From the NCBI GenBank assembly GCA_044359815.1, contig JBIKLL010000085.1, positions 1 to 10,650 of the forward strand: 10,650 nt of DNA. The letters run 5' to 3'. Made by a program: the position numbers and the translations under genes. This DNA comes from Pseudobdellovibrionaceae bacterium (lineage in GTDB: Bacteria; Bdellovibrionota; Bdellovibrionia; Bdellovibrionales; Bdellovibrionaceae). Positions 1 through 7,419 of the stretch are shown in pieces (positions within the stretch are counted from its first letter, which is position 1; each line of letters opens with the position of its first letter). The notes under the pieces are model-generated. The model saw only the letters and a program-made list of their open reading frames with translations. It did no database searches and was not told the DNA's origin.

Positions 1-1
1 A

Positions 2-3000
2 GAGGCTGACATTGCGATTGCAGCGTCACAAATTTCTAGCGGCACATTGCCGATTGCTCGCGGTGGTACAAATTCTGCGACAGCATTAAGTAACAACAGA
101 TTAATGGTATCAAACGGTGGAGCGATTGTTGAAGCCGGTGCAATGACCAACGGACAAATGATGGTCGGTGTGACAGGCAGTGCTCCTGCGATTGTATCAA
201 TGAGCGGTGATGCTACATTGGCATCAGGTGGTGCTTTAACATTAGCAAGCACTGGTGTGACAGCAGCGGCGTATGGATCAGTATCAGCAGTGCCTTCATT
301 TACAGTGGATGCAAAAGGTCGTTTAACTGCGGCTGGCTCAGCGGCTTATCAAGACGCTAGCTATGCAGCAAAAGGTATCGTGCAACTGGATACAAATGCA
401 GCGACTTCTGGATTAACAGTTTCAAGCGGAACAATTAAATTGGCAAACAGTGGTGTAACTGCAGCAAGCTATGGAACCACAGCTGCCAAAACAGTTTCAT
501 TAACTGTGGATGCATTTGGACGAATCACTACAGCAGCAGAAGCTGACATTGCAATCGCGGCTTCACAAATCACTAGCGGAACATTGGGAATTTCTCGAGG
601 CGGTACGGGAGCTTCGGCATTAACAGCTAATCGAATGATCATGATGAACGGTACAGGAACTGCGATGATCGTAGATGCTTGCGCAACCGGAGAAGTGTTG
701 CAGTTCAGTGGCACGACTTGGGGTTGCGTTGCGGGAACTTCATTGGGTAGCGGTGGCAGTGGTGACATCACAGATGTGACTGCAGGAACTGGTTTAACTG
801 GTGGAGCCGCAAGTGGCAATGCTACATTGTCATTAGCTGACACTGCAGTAAGTGCAGCTAGCTATGGATCAGCATCAGCAGTGCCTTCATTCACAGTAGA
901 TGCAAAAGGTCGTTTAACAGCAGCTGGTTCAGCAGCTTATCAAAACGCCAGCTATGCAGCTAAAGGTATAGTTCAATTAGATACAGATGCAGCGACATCT
1001 GGATTAACAGTAACGAGCGGCACAGTGAAATTAGCAAACAGCGGTGTGACTGCTGGGAGCTTCGGAACCACAGCTGCAAAAGCAGTTTCGTTAACAGTGG
1101 ATGCATTTGGTCGAATCACAGCGGCCTCACAAGCTGACATCGCGATTGCAGCGTCACAAGTTACAAGCGGTACATTGGGATTCAGCCGTGGTGGTACAGG
1201 ATCATCATCATTTACCGCAAATCGAATGGTTATGGTCAATGGAACAAATACTGGATTGATAAACGATACTTGCTCAACCGGAGAAGTTCTTCAGTTTAAT
1301 GGAACCACATGGGCTTGTGTTGCGGGATCTTCAATGGGTGCCGGTGGTGACATCACAGCAGTTACGACTAGTGCAAGCTTGACAGGTGGGGCAACTACGG
1401 GAGCCGTGTCTTTGGATTTATCATCAACAGGTGTGACAGCAGCTGCGTATGGTTCAACCTCAGCAGTGCCTTCATTTACAGTGGATGCTCAAGGTCGTTT
1501 ATCTGCGGCCAGTTCAGCAGCTTATCAAAACGCCAGTTATGCAGCAAAAGGTATAGTTCAATTGGATACAGATGCAGCGACATCTGGATTAACAGTTTCA
1601 AGCGGTACAATTAAATTAGCAAACAGCGGTGCCACAGCCGGAACTTATAAATCTGTGACTGTAGATGCTTTTGGCCGTGTGACTGGTGGAACAAATCCGA
1701 CGACTCTTTCTGGCTATGGAATCACTGATGCTGCTACATTGGGTGGAAACTCTGGTGCAGTTACAATTGGATCAAACGACAATGCTTTATATCTGGAAGC
1801 TAATAATTCAACTGTTGTGACAATTGATACTTCAGGCAACATGGGTGTGGGCGGTGCTGCAGATGCTGGGAAATTCAAAGTTACCAGAACTTACAGTTCA
1901 GCTACAGCAGGCGAACAATATGGTATCTATGGTGTCACTAACTATTCAGCTGCAGATACTTCGTATAAAGTGGGCGCAAGACTTAATACGGCAGCGACTC
2001 ACACAACGGGCACTATTGCTAATTTAGTTGGTATGATGTCATTAAACACAGGATCTGGAAATGGTGGAACAACCACTAATATCCATGGTAATTGGAGTCG
2101 AGTCGACGTATCAACAGGTCACACAGTATCAAGCGCTGTCAGTTATTACGCTGCCAACGGTTCGGGTGCTGGAACCATGTCTAATCAAGTAGGGTTGTAC
2201 GTTGAAAGCTTAACCAAAGGTACAACCAATTACTCGGTCTATACTGCTGGAACAACACCGTCGTTTTTTGGTGGTAATGTTGGTGTCGGAACGACGTCTG
2301 CAGGTGGAGCACTAGATATCAACTCTGCAACGGGTGCAAATTTACGATTAACTTATAATGATGCCGATGGATCCGCTGTTAACTATGCTGATTTTTCAAC
2401 AACCAGTGGTGGTGATTTAACAATTTCACCAAGCGGTGGTGACACGACTTTGAGTGGTTCATTAACTATCAGCACAGCTGGAAAATATTTGGTTTATTCA
2501 CCGAACGCAGTTGCTTGTACAAATGGCAACGTTTTGACAAAAACAGCCAATGGTTGGGAATGCGGAACAGCAGCCACTGGCACCATCACAGTTGTGACAG
2601 CAGGTACTGGATTAACTGGCGGTGGATCATCGGGCAACGTAACATTGTCATTAGCAAACACGTCTGTATCAGCAGCGGCGTATGGATCGACTTCAGCGGT
2701 GCCTTCATTCACAGTGGATGCTCAAGGTCGTTTAACGGCGGCATCAAGTGCGGCTTATCAAAATGCTTCTTACAGTGCTAAAGGTATTGTGCAACTTGAT
2801 ACTGATGCTGCGACTTCGGGATTAACAGTAACAAGTGGAACTATTAAATTGGCAAACAGCGGAGCCACTGCTGGAACATATAAATCAGTAACAGTGGATG
2901 CTTTTGGTCGAGTGACTGGTGGAACTAATCCAACGACTCTTGCTGGATACGGAATCACAGATGCTGGTGATATCACTGATGTGTCACCTGGTACTGGCTT

Positions 3001-4039
3001 AACTGGTGGTGGTTCATCTGGTAACGTGACTTTAAATGTGAACTGGGCATCGCCTGGATCAATCGGTTCTTCAACAGCTGCGGCGGGTGCATTCACGACT
3101 CTGTCGTCTTCAGGAACCTACACTGCAACTGGAAACATCACTCAAACTGGATCAACAACATTTGGCACAGGCACTGGTGCTGTCAGTCTGAATGGTGACA
3201 CAACCATCGCTGCTGGAAGAAACTTTGTGATGTCTTCAGGTGCGGGAACTCATGTTCAAACCTACACAGGAACAACTACAGACGCGGCACAAATCACAGC
3301 CAACAGCGTGACTACAGCTGATGTGTTGCAATTAACTGGTAATGGATTAACCAGCGGTAATATTTTAAATATTTCTTCTACCTCGACAGCTGCTGCCGCA
3401 GGCAATACAGGAGTTAACATTGCAATCAGCGGAGCTAACGGCACTTCAACAATTACCAGAACAGGTATCAGCTCTGCCGTGACTGCAACAGGAACTGCAT
3501 CAACAAATATTGCAGCAAGCTTTAGCGCTTCTGGTGGAACAAATAATTACGGATTATTGGTGACAAATGGTAACGTTGGTATCGGCGCGTCGACACCTAC
3601 TGAAAAATTAGAAGTTAGTGGTAACGTGAAAGCCACAAATTTTATTTCAACTTCGGATAGAAGGCTTAAGGAAAATATTCAGCCGACTAAAGGTTTGGAA
3701 GTTATTAATCAATTAACGGGTGTAAGTTGGGATTGGAAATCCAATCATCAACCAGATGCCGGTGTGATCGCTCAAGATCTTGAAAAAGTAATTCCAAGTG
3801 CTGTTGTGACCAATGAAGAAACAGGACTTAAGGCTGTAAAATACAACACGTTAGTGGCTCCATTAATTCAAGCCGTTAAAGAGCTTTATGTCATGATCAA
3901 AAATAATCTTATCCAAGATCAAGCACAAGATTCAGCTATTGCAGCACTTCAAAAAGACAATGAAAAGCTTAAGTCTGAAAATGAGAAGCTGAAAAAAGAT
4001 ATGGAAATGATTAAATCAAGACTTGGCTTACAAGACTAA
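2..4039 (+). CDS. 5'-truncated phage-tail-fibre-like trimeric adhesin with C-terminal peptidase S74 (intramolecular chaperone) domain and coiled coil; resembles Bdellovibrio mosaic adhesive trimer fibres
   Basis: The frame is open from position 2 (EADIAIAASQISSGTLPIARGG, itself a copy of an internal repeat), so TTG 47 is not the real start. Gly/Ser/Thr/Ala-rich. Tail-fibre motifs: KGIVQL x4, VTVDAFGRVTGGTNPTTLxGYGITDA x2, GN[MV]G[VI]G x3. S74 signature TSDRRLKENI at 3650-3679, followed by GVIAQDLEKVIP and LVAPLIQAVKEL and a heptad tail. Stop TAA 4037-4039. Confidence 0.92.
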   Translation, partial: EADIAIAASQISSGTLPIARGGTNSATALSNNRLMVSNGGAIVEAGAMTNGQMMVGVTGSAPAIVSMSGDATLASGGALTLASTGVTAAAYGSVSAVPSFTVDAKGRLTAAGSAAYQDASYAAKGIVQLDTNAATSGLTVSSGTIKLANSGVTAASYGTTAAKTVSLTVDAFGRITTAAEADIAIAASQITSGTLGISRGGTGASALTANRMIMMNGTGTAMIVDACATGEVLQFSGTTWGCVAGTSLGSGGSGDITDVTAGTGLTGGAASGNATLSLADTAVSAASYGSASAVPSFTVDAKGRLTAAGSAAYQNASYAAKGIVQLDTDAATSGLTVTSGTVKLANSGVTAGSFGTTAAKAVSLTVDAFGRITAASQADIAIAASQVTSGTLGFSRGGTGSSSFTANRMVMVNGTNTGLINDTCSTGEVLQFNGTTWACVAGSSMGAGGDITAVTTSASLTGGATTGAVSLDLSSTGVTAAAYGSTSAVPSFTVDAQGRLSAASSAAYQNASYAAKGIVQLDTDAATSGLTVSSGTIKLANSGATAGTYKSVTVDAFGRVTGGTNPTTLSGYGITDAATLGGNSGAVTIGSNDNALYLEANNSTVVTIDTSGNMGVGGAADAGKFKVTRTYSSATAGEQYGIYGVTNYSAADTSYKVGARLNTAATHTTGTIANLVGMMSLNTGSGNGGTTTNIHGNWSRVDVSTGHTVSSAVSYYAANGSGAGTMSNQVGLYVESLTKGTTNYSVYTAGTTPSFFGGNVGVGTTSAGGALDINSATGANLRLTYNDADGSAVNYADFSTTSGGDLTISPSGGDTTLSGSLTISTAGKYLVYSPNAVACTNGNVLTKTANGWECGTAATGTITVVTAGTGLTGGGSSGNVTLSLANTSVSAAAYGSTSAVPSFTVDAQGRLTAASSAAYQNASYSAKGIVQLDTDAATSGLTVTSGTIKLANSGATAGTYKSVTVDAFGRVTGGTNPTTLAGYGITDAGDITDVSPGTGLTGGGSSGNVTLNVNWASPGSIGSSTAAAGAFTTLSSSGTYTATGNITQTGSTTFGTGTGAVSLNGDTTIAAGRNFVMSSGAGTHVQTYTGTTTDAAQITANSVTTADVLQLTGNGLTSGNILNISSTSTAAAAGNTGVNIAISGANGTSTITRTGISSAVTATGTASTNIAASFSASGGTNNYGLLVTNGNVGIGASTPTEKLEVSGNVKATNFISTSDRRLKENIQPTKGLEVINQLTGVSWDWKSNHQPDAGVIAQDLEKVIPSAVVTNEETGLKAVKYNTLVAPLIQAVKELYVMIKNNLIQDQAQDSAIAALQKDNEKLKSENEKLKKDMEMIKSRLGLQD
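248..2966 (+). repeat. Intragenic coding repeats of the fibre gene (four copies of a ~70-aa module plus smaller modules)
   Basis: The VPSFTVDAxGRL...KGIVQLDT...GLTVxSGTxKLANSG module has its VP codons at 290, 881, 1466 and 2699 (offsets 591, 585, 1233 nt). ASQxxSGTLxxxRGGT at 23, 560, 1151. PTTLxGYGITDA at 1697 and 2930. Paired-Cys turns start at 680, 1271, 2516. Confidence 0.95.
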
Positions 4040-4062
4040 AATGAAGTGGATTTTTTGAGGTT

Positions 4063-4091
4063 TTGACTTCTTTGCTTAAAATCTCGAGAAT
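4063..4091 (+). promoter_or_regulatory. Possible sigma70 promoter for the Cys-rich gene
   Basis: TTGACT (4063-4068), 17-nt spacer, GAGAAT (4086-4091). AAGGA RBS at 4106-4110, 7 nt before ATG 4118. Confidence 0.4.
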
Positions 4092-4117
4092 GTAAGAGTG
4101 TAAATAAGGATGTTTTT

Positions 4118-4675
4118 ATGTATTTTGTTTTAGTGCTGAGCCAAATATTTCTTTCCCAATTTGCAATGGCCGCATGTACGAGTCCCACTGGCAATGCGGG
4201 CGATTTGACTTGGACGGCAAGTAAAATCAAATGGTGCGACGGAACAACGTGGAAAGACACTACGAACTCCACTGGATCATCTTGTACTGGAACGACCGCT
4301 GGGACCATAAACTACTCGGCAGGCACTTTATATTATTGCAATGGTACCAATTGGATTTCGATGAAAGGCGCATCTGCGGGATCATGCTCGGGGACTACGG
4401 CAGGTTCTTTTACCTACAATTCTGGTGCTGTAAAATACCGATTTTGTGATGGAACCAATTGGTACAACATGGAAGGTGGCTCTTTGGACTGCACGGCTCC
4501 TTGGGGAGCCACAGTTACAAATGGGTCTTCAGTGTTTGCTTTTGAAAACACCTTTTATTGCACTGAAATAGATGGACCTTGTTTTTCACATCGTCAAACA
4601 AGAACTTGCACTGCCGGTGTTCTTTCGGGGAGCTTTGCCAATGAAAGTTGTGATTCATTTTGTTGTTCTTGCTAA
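4118..4675 (+). CDS. Secreted Cys-rich repeat protein (185 aa, 14 Cys), function unknown
   Basis: AAGGA RBS. Hydrophobic N-terminus ending in AMA|A (signal peptide-like). Three tandem C...AG...[YW]...C[DN]GT[TN]W repeats, then a module CTAPWGATVTNGSSVFAF...C...C...TRTCTAGVLSGSF..SC. Confidence 0.88.
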   Translation: MYFVLVLSQIFLSQFAMAACTSPTGNAGDLTWTASKIKWCDGTTWKDTTNSTGSSCTGTTAGTINYSAGTLYYCNGTNWISMKGASAGSCSGTTAGSFTYNSGAVKYRFCDGTNWYNMEGGSLDCTAPWGATVTNGSSVFAFENTFYCTEIDGPCFSHRQTRTCTAGVLSGSFANESCDSFCCSC

Positions 4676-4687
4676 GATTCTCTGTCA

Positions 4688-4716
4688 TTGACTGCCAGAT
4701 TTGCGGGCCTTAGGAT
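4688..4716 (+). promoter_or_regulatory. Probable sigma70 promoter for the orphan gene at 4741
   Basis: TTGACT (4688-4693), 17-nt spacer, TAGGAT (4711-4716), inside a 65-nt intergenic gap. A purine-rich GAAGAGGCGG precedes ATG 4741. Confidence 0.55.
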
Positions 4717-4740
4717 TTTAGTGAAGAGGCGGAATCATAA

Positions 4741-5538
4741 ATGAACAACAAAAAACTGGTTTATTTCATATTTTCAATAATTGGTTTATTGATAGTGTCT
4801 TTTGCTATTTCGCTTTTTCCGAAAAAAGACTCAGGGACTCTGTTGGAAAGTAAAATTGAAATTAGTCCAGGTAAAGACGCACCTCGGGTGGCACCTAAAG
4901 TTGAAACAGTGACGCAAGAATTTAACAAAGGAATTTGCGCTGAGTTGACTGAAAAGCAAAAAACAATGGATAAAAACAAAATTGATTACTCTTTTTGGTT
5001 TAATGAATTTTTGAAACTAGATGAAAGCAACTCAGTGCTTTATGAAAAAGAAGTTTCGCAAAGCCAAGAACAGATTTTTCAGCTAATTAATTTGAACTTG
5101 CAAGCAAAGGCTAAGGCCTGTTTGTTTGCTCGAAAATTGATTACCAGTTTTTCAGACAAGGATTTGCTGGATAAAAAGATTGCAATTGCTTATGTAAAAC
5201 GAGCCATGAAGCCACCGGGTCTGAATTCCTTAAAGATCGAAATTCAAATTTTACAGAAACTAGCTCGTCTTAAATGGATTTCAATATCTGATAAAAATTT
5301 AAAGGAAATATCGTCTTTGCTTAAAAGAGTTAGTCTGGACATTAATAATCGCGTAGAATCAAGCAAAAAACTGGGAGCAGATTTTTCTGAATATATGTCT
5401 TATATTTCTCGAGGGGATTTTGAAAAACTAGAAACTGTTCCGAAATTTAAAGATATCGAAAAACTAAATCTAGATTTTATTTCCAAAGAACGGCAACATT
5501 TTAAAGAATATAATGATCTGATTAAGTCTGTTTTTTGA
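4741..5538 (+). CDS. Hypothetical protein with N-terminal membrane anchor; Lys/Glu/Leu-rich and probably helical (265 aa)
   Basis: Long ORF in AT-rich DNA. MNNKK is followed by a ~21-residue hydrophobic segment (LVYFIFSIIGLLIVSFAISLF). Two Cys in the soluble part. No family motif recognised. Confidence 0.82.
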   Translation: MNNKKLVYFIFSIIGLLIVSFAISLFPKKDSGTLLESKIEISPGKDAPRVAPKVETVTQEFNKGICAELTEKQKTMDKNKIDYSFWFNEFLKLDESNSVLYEKEVSQSQEQIFQLINLNLQAKAKACLFARKLITSFSDKDLLDKKIAIAYVKRAMKPPGLNSLKIEIQILQKLARLKWISISDKNLKEISSLLKRVSLDINNRVESSKKLGADFSEYMSYISRGDFEKLETVPKFKDIEKLNLDFISKERQHFKEYNDLIKSVF

Positions 5539-5642
5539 TTATCCCTCACTATGACCTGACGTAGCCAGAAAAAAGGATGCGGTTGATTTATTTTAGAAAA
5601 AGGGAGTTAATTTAAGTAACAACATACTCAAGGATGAATAGT

Positions 5643-6382
5643 ATGAAGCTTATCTTAGTGTTTAGCTAATTTTTTGTATTTCAATTAGCTAATGCCGCTT
5701 GTACAAGCCCTTCTGGTAATGCGGGCGATTTGACCTACACAGCTAGCAAAATTAAATGGTGCGACGGAACAACTTGGAAAGACACGACCAATGCCGTCGG
5801 TTCGTCTTGCACGGGAACGACTGCGGGGACTATCAGTATAATATGGAAGCATCTTCTGGACCCACTTGTACAGGGGGATGGGTCGATACTAATAACTTTT
5901 GCTGGATCAAAAGTGCCTCAGCTGCCAGTTGCGTAACTGCTTGTGCAAGCTTAGGTGGCTGCAATGTGAATCCAATTTTGTTTTATACAGGCGCTGGTGG
6001 GTCCGATGCAAATTGTCAAACCGTGATGAATGGCTTGGCAATGGCTGGTTCAGGAGCCCCTTCGACGATAGCTTTAGCAGTTGGCTGTGCAGCTTCTGGC
6101 ACAACTCGAAGAAGGGGGACTACCCAAACAACTTGTTCAGCAACCAGTGCTGGATACATTCGTGCCTGTTCTTGTTTGGATACGGGGAGTGCTTGCTACC
6201 ATGGTGGTGGTGGGGGAGTTGTGCAAAATGGAGCCTGTATCACCTCCTATGGAGCTCAATTTGTGGATGGTGATTGCGGCGAAAGCTGTACAGATATTCA
6301 AGGAACTTCTTGTTGTACAGACGGAGTAATAGATGCTAACCCGACGACTTGTACCGAAATTTTTAATGGGATCTGTAATTAA
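5643..6382 (+). pseudogene. Disrupted paralogue of the 4118-4675 secreted Cys-rich protein, with a different and longer C-terminal region
   Basis: AAGGA RBS (5630-5634) and ATG 5643 read MKLILVFS*FFVFQLANAACTSPSGNAG. TAA at 5667-5669 aligns with CAA (Gln) in the intact paralogue. The mature N-terminus is 42/46 aa identical. At ~5835 the sequence jumps from GTI to YNME in another frame, equivalent to loss of 4311-4461 (151 nt) of the paralogue. The remaining 179 aa (18 Cys) are open to TAA 6380-6382. Confidence 0.88.
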
Positions 6383-6475
6383 TTTTTTTATTACATAATT
6401 TTTCAATAACAAAAGCTGTACTTTGAAAGAACTCGGGAAGTATTTTGGATTCACGGGATTAAACAAGGAGGATTT

Positions 6476-7237
6476 GTGAATTTGATTTTGTCTATTTTCT
6501 TTTCGTTATTTGCGACGGCGAACGTTAAAACAGAAATCGTTAAATATGAATTAAATGGAACCAAGTTTGAGGGATTTATAGCTTTTGATGACAAAGTTAA
6601 AACACCATCTCCAGGATTTTTAATCGTACACGATTGGATGGGGATCGGCGATTATACAAAAAACAAAGCCAAGGAAATGGCCAAAAAAGGCTATGTGGGA
6701 TTTGCAGTAGATATTTTTGGAAAAGGTAATAACCCTAAAAATCAAGACGAAGCCGCAAAACTGGCCGGAAAGTTTAAAGAAGACAGAGTCAAATTGCGAG
6801 CCCATATTCAAGCAGCTTATGAGGTTTTGTCCAAAAGGAACGAAGTCAATAAAGAGAAAATTTTTGTATTTGGATATTGTTTTGGAGGAACCACAGCCTT
6901 GGAGTTGGGTCGTGCCGGAGCAAAGCTTGCTGGAATAGTTAGTTTCCATGGTGGATTGTCCAATCCCAAACCCGCTGATGCTAAAAATATTCAGGCACCT
7001 GTTTTGATTTTACATGGGGCCGATGACCCCTTTGTTCCAGCAAAAGAAGTCACTGATTTTAAATCCGAAATGCGAGCTGCGAAAAAAGTCATGCAGTTTG
7101 TGAACTATGCTGGAGTTGTTCATTCTTTTACCAACCCATTGGCGGGTGACGACAAGAGCAAGGGGGCTGCTTACAACGAAAAAGCGGATAAGGAATCTTG
7201 GGTTGAGTTCGAAAAATTCGTTGGGAAAAACATTTGA
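6476..7237 (+). CDS. Dienelactone hydrolase family protein (alpha/beta hydrolase), probably exported
   Basis: AGGAGG RBS at 6466-6471 and GTG start. Hydrophobic N-terminus. HDWMG motif, nucleophile elbow GYCFGG, SFHG, acid in LHGADDP, His in VHSFTNP. Confidence 0.93.
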   Translation: MNLILSIFFSLFATANVKTEIVKYELNGTKFEGFIAFDDKVKTPSPGFLIVHDWMGIGDYTKNKAKEMAKKGYVGFAVDIFGKGNNPKNQDEAAKLAGKFKEDRVKLRAHIQAAYEVLSKRNEVNKEKIFVFGYCFGGTTALELGRAGAKLAGIVSFHGGLSNPKPADAKNIQAPVLILHGADDPFVPAKEVTDFKSEMRAAKKVMQFVNYAGVVHSFTNPLAGDDKSKGAAYNEKADKESWVEFEKFVGKNI

Positions 7238-7419
7238 TTCAAATCCGCCTTTGCCCACGAAATTTTGTTCATAATCTCTGCAGCAATAATTTGAACTACA
7301 GAAGGCTATTGCCATCGCGATGGCCAGTCCAGTCCTAAAAACGTCACTCCTCGGGCAAAATATTCTGTACATTTAAATGACAGTTTCTGAAACTGGTATC
7401 AGTGGATACTATTTGCGCC

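Noticed and set aside
47..49. TTG start proposed by the ORF track for the fibre gene
   Set aside because: The frame is open to the window edge, and the upstream codons are a copy of an internal repeat.
469..3444. Minus-strand ORFs (469-843, 973-1239, 2494-2712, 2770-3096, 3262-3444) and + strand alternative-frame ORFs inside the fibre gene
   Set aside because: Shadow ORFs produced by the Gly/Ala/Thr/Ser codon bias. They mirror the repeats of the real gene and have no independent motifs.
2..4039. Prophage
   Set aside because: Tail-fibre motifs are present, but no other phage genes, integrase or att-like sites are visible. The upstream context is unseen, so this is not fully excluded.
5667..5845. 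TAA recoding or programmed frameshifting to rescue the pseudogene
   Set aside because: TAA terminates other genes here (4039, 4675, 8955). The frame change coincides with missing sequence relative to the paralogue, not with a slippery site. The TATAAT at 5837 is just Tyr-Asn codons and has no -35 partner.
5730..6382. ORFs 5730-5936 and 5756-6382 as independent genes
   Set aside because: They are the two frames of one disrupted gene. The first 27 or so residues of the 208-aa ORF and the tail of the 68-aa ORF are out-of-frame translation.
4118..6382. Diversity-generating retroelement TR/VR pair
   Set aside because: Differences between the paralogues are mostly synonymous and not adenine-specific, the shared part is N-terminal rather than C-terminal, and no reverse transcriptase is in the window.
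7010..7372. Minus-strand 120-aa ORF or gene remnant in the 7238-7419 gap
   Set aside because: It overlaps the hydrolase gene antisense for over 200 nt and has no recognisable motif in any frame.
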